DNA of 35,375 bases, from assembly GCA_051382335.1 (NCBI GenBank), contig JBBCAX010000186.1:1-35375 (forward strand), in the 5' to 3' direction. Position 1 is the stretch's first letter, and each line of letters starts with the position of its first letter. The DNA comes from Deltaproteobacteria bacterium TL4 (lineage in GTDB: Bacteria; SAR324; NAC60-12). The notes under the pieces are model-generated. The model saw only the letters and a list, made by a program, of their open reading frames with translations, ran no database searches and had not been told where the DNA came from. This document shows positions 26,773 through 35,375 of this stretch, in pieces. A program made the position numbers and the translations under genes.

Positions 26773-28053
26773 TCACCGTTCACCAAAACGCTCAAAAAAC
26801 TCCTCCGTATGTTCCCCTAACAGGGGGGGAGCCTCGGAAGGGACACGTCCCAGGGGAAGTGGAGAATTGAGCACGCCCTTTCTGAGAACCGGACGGGTTT
26901 TGAGCTGTGGATTGTTCACGGCTTCCCTGGGTGGGAGTACCGGAAATACAGGAACTTCAGAGAGGACGAAATGTTCTAACCATTCCGCCAAGGTCTTTTT
27001 GGCGATGATCTTACGAATTTTACGTTGCAACGGAATGGCAGCCAAACCACGAACCGGCAAGGGCCAATGTCCAATGGGTTTCAAGTCCAATTTCTCACAC
27101 AAAACCCTCCAAAACTTGTCTTCATCAACAATTCCAATGCTCAGATAATGAGCGTCTTTTGTTTGGAAAACATTATAGTGCGGTAAATAGTACAGTCGCA
27201 ACCGCTCTATTTCCTGAAGCATGGGTTGAGTCTGTATCCATTGGTCAAAGCGATGGGCCCATTTAAGACTGCCAGGCGACGTTAATACCGTTTGAAGCAA
27301 TTCGAACCTGTTGTTCTTTTTTACGGCCGCTTTTTGTGACTGCTTTTCCAGCCATTGACTGGCGAAGGTCAGGGCATCCCCAAGTCTGGCATGCTCCGGG
27401 TGGAGTCCTTCATACCATATTTGTACCCAGGAACAAACCGTATCGGTCAGTGCTACATCAATAAACCGCCCTTTGCCATCGTTCTGCCTGGCATAAAGTG
27501 CCGCAAGGAGACTGCAGACAGCATTCAAGGAAGAAGAAAGGTCCGCAATAGGGAGTAGCGTTCCTCGAGGGTGTCCTTCCTGATCGCGTTCCATGTGACA
27601 AACCCCAGTGATGGCTTGATAATTGAGGTCATGTCCTGGATAATCAGCATTGGGACCCGCTTGCCCATAGCCGCTCATGGAACAGTAGATGATTTGTGGA
27701 TATTGGGACCGGATATCAAAAAAACCGAGGCCAAATTTTTGCATCACACCCGGTCGAAAGCCTTCGATGATGATATCAATCGAAGGAAGGCAGGCTTTGA
27801 GTTTGTGCTGATCAACCTCACTCTTTAAATCGACAACAACACTTTTTTTCCCCCGATTGAGGAGTTCAAACAAGGGAGGCAAATTACGGGCGGGTTCTCC
27901 GCTGGCGGGCTCGACTTTAATGACTTCCGCGCCTAAAGTCGTCAGGATAAACGTTGCGTAAGGGCCTGGTAAATACTGGGTAAAATCCAACACACGAATT
28001 CCGTCAAGAGGTAATAACTCAGAAGACATTTCATTTTTATGGTCAATGGTCAT
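26773..28053 (-). CDS. Family III CoA-transferase (CaiB/BaiF)
   Basis: Motifs PLDGIRVLDF...PGP, LGAEVIKVE, LNRGKKS, EGFRPG, SGYGQ.GP, GHDLNY, PIAD (catalytic Asp) and PPLLGEHT. Confidence 0.93.
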   Translation of the reverse strand: MTIDHKNEMSSELLPLDGIRVLDFTQYLPGPYATFILTTLGAEVIKVEPASGEPARNLPPLFELLNRGKKSVVVDLKSEVDQHKLKACLPSIDIIIEGFRPGVMQKFGLGFFDIRSQYPQIIYCSMSGYGQAGPNADYPGHDLNYQAITGVCHMERDQEGHPRGTLLPIADLSSSLNAVCSLLAALYARQNDGKGRFIDVALTDTVCSWVQIWYEGLHPEHARLGDALTFASQWLEKQSQKAAVKKNNRFELLQTVLTSPGSLKWAHRFDQWIQTQPMLQEIERLRLYYLPHYNVFQTKDAHYLSIGIVDEDKFWRVLCEKLDLKPIGHWPLPVRGLAAIPLQRKIRKIIAKKTLAEWLEHFVLSEVPVFPVLPPREAVNNPQLKTRPVLRKGVLNSPLPLGRVPSEAPPLLGEHTEEFFERFGER

Positions 28054-28270
28054 AAAACATACTAAAGTTTGAGGTGAATATTAAATCGGTTGAATCACTA
28101 TACCCTTAAAATGCCTGTTCATTGAATGTCAATTTTATTTATCATGCGGTAGAACAGCTCTCCTTCTTGTTTGAGGGAGTCAAGCTCTTGTTGGCTTTCG
28201 CCCCCCTTGAAATCATGATGTGTTCTGCCTTGTGTGGATACCTGAAAACGGGAATCAGGCTTAAGGTCAA

Positions 28271-29086
28271 TTATGCTGTTTTATAATTAAGAAGGGTATT
28301 GATCTCATGATAATATTTTTGTGCTTCTTTTGCCGCAGCTTCGGCATAATCCTGTCCTTTTGACGCATACAAGACGCTGCGTGAAACATTAATCAAACAG
28401 GGAAAACCACTCCCATCATCAGCGAATTTCAGTGTCTGCTCCAAACTCCCCCCTTGCGCGCCTATTCCTGGAATCAAAAAAGGCATGGGGCCTGAGACCT
28501 CACGGATCTTTTTCACTCGCCCGGGATGAGTTGCGCCTACGACCAGTCCACAATTTTTGTTAGTATTCCAGTCCCGCGTTTTTTCCGCAACCCGTAAATA
28601 TAAGTCATGAGGAAGTTGAAAATCATCGGCACCGGGATTTGAGGTCAGGCACAGCAGAAAGGTTCCCTTATCCTTGTAATCCAGGAAGGGCTGGATCGCA
28701 TCATGCCCTTGATAAGGACTAACGGTAACCGCATCACAATGAAAAGTTTCAAACACGGCTTTTGCGTACATTTGGGCAGAATGCCCCACATCACTCCGTT
28801 TTGCGTCCCCGATGATCACACTATCTTCTGGAAGCATTTCAATGACTTCCGTCAAGGTTTTCAGGCCTTCATGTCCCAAGGCCTCAAAATAAGCAAAATT
28901 GGGTTTATACGCAACGGCCCAAGGCTTGGTGGCATTGATGATTTCCTTCAAAAACCGCAACACGGGATTACTATACTGGTTCAAAAAAATGGGGATACGA
29001 TCCAAAACAGGATCCAGGCCAACGCAAAGCATGCTCTTTTTTTTCTGAACACAGGCCTCTAATTTCTGATAAAAACTCATAGTCAT
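28271..29086 (-). CDS. pyrF: Orotidine-5'-phosphate decarboxylase
   Basis: Motifs LCVGLDP, YKPNFAYFE, DAKRSDVG, LCLTSNPG, GLVVGAT, LIPGIGAQGG and INVSR. Confidence 0.96.
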   Translation of the reverse strand: MTMSFYQKLEACVQKKKSMLCVGLDPVLDRIPIFLNQYSNPVLRFLKEIINATKPWAVAYKPNFAYFEALGHEGLKTLTEVIEMLPEDSVIIGDAKRSDVGHSAQMYAKAVFETFHCDAVTVSPYQGHDAIQPFLDYKDKGTFLLCLTSNPGADDFQLPHDLYLRVAEKTRDWNTNKNCGLVVGATHPGRVKKIREVSGPMPFLIPGIGAQGGSLEQTLKFADDGSGFPCLINVSRSVLYASKGQDYAEAAAKEAQKYYHEINTLLNYKTA

Positions 29087-29639
29087 TTTTCACTCAACAA
29101 AGATTTACGTCTAAGCAGCACGTTTTTTTTGCTTCCTCCGCATTACAACCTCGAAGCGTTCAGGCTTGAGATTCAAGATCATTCTAATGGGGTGTGATAA
29201 CAATAGCCTGTTTTTCTTCATATTTCACGTTTTTTATCGATGGGGAACATAATATGGGCACCCCCCAGTAATCCTCTCGAAATTGAGAGGCTCAAAGCGG
29301 TGATTGAGGATCTCAGACATAAGATTCCGCCAGAAGCTTTTAGCGCGGAATCCTTCATGAACCTTGAGGAAAGTCAAACCGTCGAGCGTTTGGTTGAGTC
29401 CTCCAAACAGCGGCCAGTACGCAGATATTGCTTTTCACTACCATAGGCGAGTCCTTGAGTTGGCAAGCACGCTTGACGCGAAAGCAGGGATTTTGACACA
29501 TCAACTCGGGTGATGCGGTATTTCTCTACGTGCGCTGAAACCTGTTGCCGTGTGAACGTCCTCATTAGAAAGTCATTGCCATTCGTATTAAAATGAATAT
29601 AATCACGGCAGAGTCTCGGTTTTGCCCGCGTCGACCAGG

Positions 29640-29761
29640 TGTTCATCCGAGAATGGGGTGGTAGGAGGGGTTAGCGAAGCGGCACCCCTCAAACTGCGTG
29701 TTTTTTATAGCGATGCCTTGCGATAAACCCTTCGGGGGAGATGGAAGTTTTCGGATAGTCC
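29640..29761. mobile_element. Possible degenerate MITE carrying a GTAG REP variant (29661-29690)
   Basis: ATCCGAGAA (29645-29653) and TTTTCGGAT (29748-29756) form imperfect inverted ends around GTAGGAGGGGTTAGCGAAGCGGCACCCCTC. The TCCGAGAATG...GTAGG junction is shared with 33604-33622. Confidence 0.45.
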
Positions 29762-29812
29762 TTTGGGGCTATGCATTTTTCTTTAATCCTTTCAATATAT
29801 TTAAGGAGAGAA

Positions 29813-30001
29813 ATGTCACAAGCAATAGATAGTAACGATCCGCTTTTGAGCGAAGAGGCCTTGGAATGGTATTCCAAAAGATTCCCAAACAGAAAATTAG
29901 CAGAGGATAAAGTCTTGGATCTGTATCTCAGAGTCAAGGAATATGCCCAAACGGATCCTTTGTTGACAGCATTTTACAAAGCCAATGGTGTTATGGTTTA
30001 G
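29813..30001 (+). CDS. Small hypothetical protein (62 aa)
   Basis: AAGGAG RBS before the ATG at 29813; reads MSQAIDSNDPLLSEEALEWY...; overlaps the convergent TPR gene end by 11 bp. Confidence 0.55.
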   Translation: MSQAIDSNDPLLSEEALEWYSKRFPNRKLAEDKVLDLYLRVKEYAQTDPLLTAFYKANGVMV

Positions 30002-31313
30002 AAACCTGACGTTCCATGTGTTTCAGAAGCCATTGCGCTTTTTGCTTCCAGAGGGCTTCGGGGAAGGGTTGGCCTAAAAAGAACAGGATTTCCTGTTGGG
30101 CAAGAGCGTATTTATCCTGGGCAAAATAGAGGTACCCCAATATAAAGTGAATGAAAGGATATTTGCCTGGCGTTTCACGATCCAGCTCCTTGAGATCTCT
30201 GATTCCTCCTTCGTATTCCGTGACATCCGGTTGATATTTTGAGATACTGTCATAAGCCTCAAAAGCGTTCTGATAACGGAACATGCGGATGAAAGTTATC
30301 CCCAAATTCATACGCACATAATTCAGCTCGGGCGTGAGCTCCAGTGCTTTGTTACTGTAATAAATAGACTTGTCGAAGTTTCCGATCAAATAATAGCCCC
30401 AACCCATATTCCCATAAAGATAAGGTCCCTCTACGTATTCTTCCGCTTGGTGGTAGGCCTTGATGGAAGCCTTGATCAAGGGCAGATTATAGGTGGCCAG
30501 CCCATCCGGTTCGAGTTGATAGCCTTGATAGTAGTAGGTTGTCGCTAATTCCTGGTAGAGTTTGCCTAATTGCACCCGGGAGGTTTCAACACGAAGGCCT
30601 TCTTTATAAGTTTGAATGGCGTCATCGAATTTTCGGTCATTGAAAAAACCCTTGCCTGCCAGCAGATAATAATTGACAGGTTCTTCAGGAGAAAGCCCCT
30701 GATTATATTTCTGCAGCCATTCAAGAAATTCTGAAGCAACACTTCCCTGTTCTTCTGCCTTTGCTCCAAACATTTCTTCCATTTTTCTCAGTAAATGCGG
30801 CCAGACTTCATCAGCTTCCATATAGCGGACTCTCTGCTCATGAGAGGGGCGTTCCGAGTTCCAGAAACGATCCCATGCGGACTGGTGTTTCTGAGCCATA
30901 GCGCTTAAAAGCCTTTCTAAAGTGAGTTGATCGTGCCGAGGGAAAAAGGTAAAAATCAAAAGATAAAATCCGAAAATGATCAACAACGTGGAACTGATGG
31001 CTCTCCCAAAAAGGTATTTAAGCGGATATAACGGTTGAGGTTCCACAAGGGGTGTTTGATTTTGAGTCGTACTGGAAAGCTGTGCCGATTTTTTCCAAGC
31101 GAGAGCCGCTTGTTCCAAGTGGGTGCTTTCATAGAACAAATTTCCCAGTCGATAATAGTCTTCCTGTGGGGAGGAGGCGTGTTGCTCCTGCTCCTGAAAA
31201 TGGGTCCATATTTTTGAAAATTGCTGCTGAGCGACCCACTCCTGAACGGCCGCGTCATTGCTGTGGATTTTGTTTTGAGTTGGAGCCATTTTTCTTTGTC
31301 CCTGAGGATTCAT
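29991..31313 (-). CDS. Membrane-anchored tetratricopeptide repeat protein
   Basis: TPR-like helices (YYRLGNLFY, YGNMGWGYY, NLGITF, HFILGYLY) and one TM segment. An alternative ATG lies at 31289. Confidence 0.85.
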   Translation of the reverse strand: MNPQGQRKMAPTQNKIHSNDAAVQEWVAQQQFSKIWTHFQEQEQHASSPQEDYYRLGNLFYESTHLEQAALAWKKSAQLSSTTQNQTPLVEPQPLYPLKYLFGRAISSTLLIIFGFYLLIFTFFPRHDQLTLERLLSAMAQKHQSAWDRFWNSERPSHEQRVRYMEADEVWPHLLRKMEEMFGAKAEEQGSVASEFLEWLQKYNQGLSPEEPVNYYLLAGKGFFNDRKFDDAIQTYKEGLRVETSRVQLGKLYQELATTYYYQGYQLEPDGLATYNLPLIKASIKAYHQAEEYVEGPYLYGNMGWGYYLIGNFDKSIYYSNKALELTPELNYVRMNLGITFIRMFRYQNAFEAYDSISKYQPDVTEYEGGIRDLKELDRETPGKYPFIHFILGYLYFAQDKYALAQQEILFFLGQPFPEALWKQKAQWLLKHMERQVSKP

Positions 31314-31875
31314 AAGTTCGCCGCCATTCTTCGTAATCCATATTCAACTGCGCCGCCTTATACTTACGATAACGCAGTAAAAAATGTTGTGTTAGAAAAA
31401 ATGAGATAACGGCACTGGGCAGCGCATAGCAAAGCCCTCCAATCATCATAGGAAAACCTAAGTCAACCAAGAGGAAGCGTGTTCCCTCAACTACCACCGC
31501 CCAAGAACTTTCAAGTTGAGCAATTTGCTCAAAGGCGGATTTGAAGTGTTCATAACTTAAGGGCTTTCCCGCAAACTCCAGCCACCGTAAAACACAGTTT
31601 CCTGTCAAAAGAAAAACATAATAAACCGGGATGACTGTAATCGGATTGGTGATCCAAACCATGGCTACGGCGACCGGCAAGTTAAAATTAAAGCGAAACA
31701 CATAACGGCAGATACTCCAAATGAGGAAGGAAATATACATTTGAATTCCCATTGTTGGCGTCAACCCCACAAAGGTTCCAATGGCGACGCCCCAACTCAC
31801 TTGAGGGACAGGCGCAACGCTATGAATGATCGGAGCAATGATATGGTCATAAATGGAATCAATCAGATTTTTCAT
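31255..31875 (-). CDS. DUF2062 family membrane protein
   Basis: Pattern P..VSWGVAIG.FVG.TP.MG.Q...NLP.A....WITNP.T..P.Y. Confidence 0.85.
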   Translation of the reverse strand: MKNLIDSIYDHIIAPIIHSVAPVPQVSWGVAIGTFVGLTPTMGIQMYISFLIWSICRYVFRFNFNLPVAVAMVWITNPITVIPVYYVFLLTGNCVLRWLEFAGKPLSYEHFKSAFEQIAQLESSWAVVVEGTRFLLVDLGFPMMIGGLCYALPSAVISFFLTQHFLLRYRKYKAAQLNMDYEEWRRTYESSGTKKNGSNSKQNPQQ

Positions 31876-32032
31876 AATCTTTGTATCATCTCTCCTAAAG
31901 TAATGAATTTTTCCCTGTCGCCAAAAAAATGAATTTTCTTCTTTTGAACTTTATGTATGATGTCTCAATAATTATCAGATCCTAAGAGGTTTTCAAGATA
32001 AGTTTATTCATAATACGATAAAGGTTTAAAAA

Positions 32033-33235
32033 ATGAAAGCAAAAGGCTGGTCAAAGCTGGTGGAAAGCGGACAAAAAGACAAAAGACGAATTTTGGGACT
32101 GATGTCAGGGACGTCTCTTGATGGGATTGATCTTGCGTTAGTTTCTCTAACCGGAGCAGGGAGGGGGATGAGTGTTGAGATGGAAAAATTCGTGACACTG
32201 CCTTTTCCTCCCCAATTAAAAGCTCAGATTCAACAACAAATGATTCCTGAACGCTCCTCTGTGGATCAAATATGTACCCTGCATATTGACTTAGGCCAAT
32301 ATTTTGCGGAGGTCATTAAGGCTCAACTCAAAATTTGGGAAGAGCCTGCTGAGCACATTGATGCGATTGCGACTCATGGACAAACGTTATATCATTGCCC
32401 CCAGACCAAAGGCTGGGATGGTAGAGTCTTAAACGCAACCTTACAAATTGGTGATGGAGATCAAATTGCGACGCGGACGGGCATTGTGACCATCTCCGAT
32501 TTTCGGACCAAAGATATTGCGGGCGGGGGAGAAGGGGCCCCCTTGGTTCCCTATGTGGATTATTTACTCTTCGGACACTCTGGCAAAGAAAGAGTTTTAC
32601 ATAACCTGGGTGGAATGAGCAATTTGTGCTATCTACCAAAGTCAGGAAAGTCCGAAGCCGTTCTGGCCTTTGATACCGGTCCGGCAAATGTTCTCATCAA
32701 TTTAGCGGTCGAGCGCCTCATTAACTCCGAATTAAATTATGATCCCGAAGGACGGTATGCCGCCAAAGGAACAATTCACGAAAAACTGCTAGGACACCTG
32801 TTGAACGATCCCTATTTTTTCCAAGTTCCTCCCAAATCCACAGGCAGAGAATATTTTGGCCATAATTATTTCGAAAAGGTGCTCCCGCAAGTCCAAAGGC
32901 TGGGATTGAGTCCAGAAGATGTTGTTGCGACATTGACTGCCTTAACCTCCCATTCTATTCAACAGGCCTATCAAACTTTTCTTCCGGCGGGTTCTTTGGA
33001 AGTGTATTTTAGCGGGGGCGGCGTTCATAACGAGACGTTAATGCTTCAAATCCAACAACTGTTACCCGAGGTGGAATGTCACGAGTTTTCTGAACTGGGA
33101 ATGCATCCTGATGCTCGTGAGGCGATCAGTTTTGCAGTTTTAGCAAATGAGTTGCTTTGTGGCAATACCCTCACTTTTCCTGGAGTAACAGGAAATACAG
33201 AGGTGCTGAGTTTAGGAAAAATTTCTTTGCCTTAA
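32033..33235 (+). CDS. anmK: Anhydro-N-acetylmuramic acid kinase
   Basis: Motifs GLMSGTSLDGID, HGQT, TLQIG, DFR..D.A.GGEGAPLVP, NLGG.SN, FDTGPAN, PPKSTGRE and GGG.HN. Confidence 0.96.
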   Translation: MKAKGWSKLVESGQKDKRRILGLMSGTSLDGIDLALVSLTGAGRGMSVEMEKFVTLPFPPQLKAQIQQQMIPERSSVDQICTLHIDLGQYFAEVIKAQLKIWEEPAEHIDAIATHGQTLYHCPQTKGWDGRVLNATLQIGDGDQIATRTGIVTISDFRTKDIAGGGEGAPLVPYVDYLLFGHSGKERVLHNLGGMSNLCYLPKSGKSEAVLAFDTGPANVLINLAVERLINSELNYDPEGRYAAKGTIHEKLLGHLLNDPYFFQVPPKSTGREYFGHNYFEKVLPQVQRLGLSPEDVVATLTALTSHSIQQAYQTFLPAGSLEVYFSGGGVHNETLMLQIQQLLPEVECHEFSELGMHPDAREAISFAVLANELLCGNTLTFPGVTGNTEVLSLGKISLP

Positions 33236-33272
33236 GCCAATGATGAGGATCCGCCTGCCTTAAAAAGGGCAG

Positions 33273-33463
33273 ATAGACGTTCAGTTAAATAATTCCTTTG
33301 AGTCTAACCTGGATTGTGGAGTGCCAAAGCTTGCTTTGGCCAAATGCAAAGAAAGGCCATCGCCTTTCTGGCCAAAGCAAGCTTTGGCACTCCTGAAACA
33401 GCGTTGTTTAAACGGATCACGCAACAGGAGGAATTTTCTGAATCTATTTAAATGAACATCGAT
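33273..33463. mobile_element. ~190-bp MITE-like element with imperfect 19-bp TIRs carrying a family C REP doublet
   Basis: ATAGACGTTCAGTTAAATA (33273-33291) and TATTTAAATGAACATCGAT (33445-33463) are 16/19 complementary. The internal perfect 25-bp IR GGAGTGCCAAAGCTTGCTTTGGCCA lies at 33318-33342 and 33369-33393. Confidence 0.65.
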
Positions 33464-33596
33464 AGTTCAAAAACAGAGGATCATAAGATTGAATGTGTTA
33501 AAGTGAACGTCTGCAGGTCGGAAATTGGCCTAACATAACCTGAGAACTGTCTGTATTTGACCTGTTAAACAAATTTTGATAGAAGTATACTACTCG

Positions 33597-33658
33597 GTGG
33601 CTGTCCGAGAATGTGATGTAGGGGGTGCTTAAGCTCAACTTCTATGCTCGGACACCAC
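33597..33658. repeat. Short inverted-repeat element containing a truncated GTAG REP
   Basis: GTGGCTGTCCGAGAAT ... ATGCTCGGACACCAC flank an internal GTAGGGGGTGCTTAAGC. 33640-33654 is an exact reverse complement of 15970-15984 (TGTCCGAGCATAGAA). Confidence 0.5.
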
Positions 33659-33675
33659 TAATCGACTCATTATTA

Positions 33676-33791
33676 GGAGTGTCAAAGCTTGCTTTGACCA
33701 GAAAAGCCAAAGCTTTTCTTTGAATTTTGCCAAAGCAAGCTTTGGTACTCCACATTGATTCCAATGAAATTATTTAAATGAACGTCTATAG
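33676..33791. repeat. Second, inverted and partial copy of the family C REP doublet element
   Basis: GGAGTGTCAAAGCTTGCTTTGACCA...GCCAAAGCAAGCTTTGGTACTCC (33676-33751) aligns with copy 1 in reverse, including the spacer. It ends in TATTTAAATGAACGTCTATAG (33771-33791). Confidence 0.75.
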
Positions 33792-33828
33792 TCTGTATCA
33801 GTAAACGACGGTTATCAGGAGGAGTTCG

Positions 33829-35217
33829 ATGACAAAAATAAACATTATTAGTGAAATCAATCAGCTTCAGAAAAATTATTTTCGATTGGGAGAGACACGG
33901 AACCTCTCCTTTCGAAAGAAACAGTTGCTTCAACTAAAGAAAGCGCTCAAGAGTTATGAAAGCCGAATATTGGAAGCGCTGCATCAGGATCTGAATAAAC
34001 CGGAAATGGAAGCCTATGCGGAAATTGGACTCATATTAACCGAAATTGAATGGTGTTTAAAAAATCTGACAGCCTGGTCAAAACCTGAAAAATTGAAAAC
34101 CCCGTTGGGACAATTGCCCGCCACAAGTCACATCTATTCGGACCCCCTCGGAAGTATCCTGATCATCAGTCCCTGGAATTATCCTTTTGATCTTGCGATC
34201 AAACCCTTGGTTGGCGCGATTGCCGCCGGAAATTGCGGCGTGGTAAAGCCTTCAGAGTTGGCGCCTTTTACGTCCCAAGTGATTGCGCAGATGATCCATG
34301 ACTATTTTGAACCTCAATATCTTTCGGTTGTCCAAGGAGGTGTGGAAGAGACTCAACTGCTTTTGGAACAACGATGGGATCATATCTTTTTCACAGGAAG
34401 TTCCGCGACAGGACGCAAAATCATGATGGCAGCGGCTAACCATCTGACGCCTGTCACCTTGGAGTTGGGAGGCAAAAGCCCATGCCTTATTGATACGAAT
34501 ATTTCAATCGCGGTGACTGCGAGAAGAGTGGCCTGGGGAAAATTTTTTAATGCGGGACAAACCTGTATCGCTCCGGATTACGTTTTGATTCATAGGAAAA
34601 TCAAGGATAAGTTCATTAACGCGCTTAGAAAGGAACTCCTCACCTTTTATGGAGAAAACGCCTTTGAAAGCCAGGACTTTGCCAGAATCATCAATAAGGC
34701 CCATGTCCTGCGTTTGAGCAGGTTATTGGAGAAGGCGAATGTCTTGATAGGAGGAACGGTTGATGTTCCAGCCAAATACATTGAGCCTACGGTGATTGAC
34801 CAAATTGATTGGGAGCATCCTGTCATGCAGGAAGAAATATTTGGTCCGATTTTGCCGATCCTTGAATATGATCACATAGAGCAGGTTATTGACAGGATCA
34901 ATGATCAGCCCAAACCCTTGTGTATTTATCTTTTTTCAAGAAATAAATCGCTGCAGGAAAAGATATTGCGGCAAACTTCTTCAGGCGGTGTCTGCATTAA
35001 CGATACCTTGAGCCATAGCCTTCCGCTCAATCTCCCGTTCGGAGGCGTAGGACACAGTGGCATGGGTAAGTCTCATGGAAAAGCCAGTTTCGACAGTTTT
35101 TCCCATAAGAAAAGTACCCTGATCAAATCCCTGAACATCGACTTAAAAGACAGATATGCCCCTTATCATATGTCCCTTCAAAAGACTAAACTATTGATGC
35201 GATTTATGATGACCTGA
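33829..35217 (+). CDS. Aldehyde dehydrogenase (ALDH3/YwdH-like)
   Basis: Motifs SPWNYP, KPSE, FFTGS, TLELGGKSP, NAGQTCIAPDY (catalytic Cys), EEIFGP and PFGGVG.SGMG; AGGAGGA RBS. Confidence 0.95.
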   Translation: MTKINIISEINQLQKNYFRLGETRNLSFRKKQLLQLKKALKSYESRILEALHQDLNKPEMEAYAEIGLILTEIEWCLKNLTAWSKPEKLKTPLGQLPATSHIYSDPLGSILIISPWNYPFDLAIKPLVGAIAAGNCGVVKPSELAPFTSQVIAQMIHDYFEPQYLSVVQGGVEETQLLLEQRWDHIFFTGSSATGRKIMMAAANHLTPVTLELGGKSPCLIDTNISIAVTARRVAWGKFFNAGQTCIAPDYVLIHRKIKDKFINALRKELLTFYGENAFESQDFARIINKAHVLRLSRLLEKANVLIGGTVDVPAKYIEPTVIDQIDWEHPVMQEEIFGPILPILEYDHIEQVIDRINDQPKPLCIYLFSRNKSLQEKILRQTSSGGVCINDTLSHSLPLNLPFGGVGHSGMGKSHGKASFDSFSHKKSTLIKSLNIDLKDRYAPYHMSLQKTKLLMRFMMT

Positions 35218-35375
35218 GCCTTGCCCAAATGGAAAAATTATGAAATAGACTGACATTGAGTAGTTGAAAAAAAGAAAAAAATGAATAAAGATAGGAACTG
35301 CATTCAAACAGCTTTTATTCTCATCCTCAATTAACGGTATTTTGTATATGTTATCACCCAACTCGCCAAAAATGC

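Noticed and set aside
28140..28260. Structured ncRNA or riboswitch between pyrF and the CoA-transferase gene
   Set aside because: Some pairing and a GGCGAAAGCC hairpin on the minus strand, but no match to a family consensus I can recognise; it would need an Rfam search.
29240..29446. 68-aa ORF divergent from pyrF
   Set aside because: No RBS or recognisable motif; it may be a remnant but cannot be supported.
29374..29646. RAYT transposase remnant suggested by DYIHFN next to a REP
   Set aside because: Only a 6-residue resemblance, without the following Pro or any HUH motif; insufficient without a profile search.
33302..33570. GTCTAAC (33302) and GCCTAAC...GTTAAAC (about 33528-33570) as attC sites
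   Set aside because: The first has no GTTRRRY partner; the second is too short and not self-complementary.
2420..34704. Numerous 60-160 aa ORFs overlapping longer genes (for example 16921-17322, 21197-21634, 22878-23357, 28703-29062)
   Set aside because: They are antisense or alternate-frame shadows of well-supported genes with no motifs of their own.
35218..35375. Partial CDS at the right edge
   Set aside because: The plus-strand ATG frame stops quickly, and the minus-strand frames are ambiguous.

Overview
Bacterial chromosomal region. The protein repertoire loosely suggests a deltaproteobacterial/SAR324-like organism, which is inference only. The left end holds an intact-length integron integrase (591-1556) with a clear attI-like simple site at 92-111 (minus strand) and the start of a first cassette ORF encoding a signal peptide that runs off the window. 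Next comes a divergent cell-surface cluster: a large Ig/FN3 lipoprotein, a PEGA protein, and a six-repeat lipoprotein with an FGE-sulfatase domain. A co-oriented run follows (CDP-alcohol phosphotransferase, GNAT, B12-radical SAM, M14/DUF2817 peptidase, permuted papain-like enzyme) that may modify lipids or the envelope. Two back-to-back gene-fragment scars are present: one with an MscS fragment, the other a glycyl-radical C-terminus joined to a group II intron 3' end with an intact domain V. The rest is largely housekeeping or regulatory: purU, a putative Na+/H+ antiporter, a hybrid histidine kinase, a 1010-aa hypothetical, a TerB-like protein, a CoA-transferase III, pyrF, a TPR protein, DUF2062, anmK and an aldehyde dehydrogenase. 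Intergenic DNA carries three REP-like palindrome families. Several copies lie inside short elements with IS-like terminal inverted repeats, and one of these has a perfect 10-bp target-site duplication. No transposase, RAYT, CRISPR, tRNA or rRNA gene was seen. All protein calls are by motif recognition without database searches.
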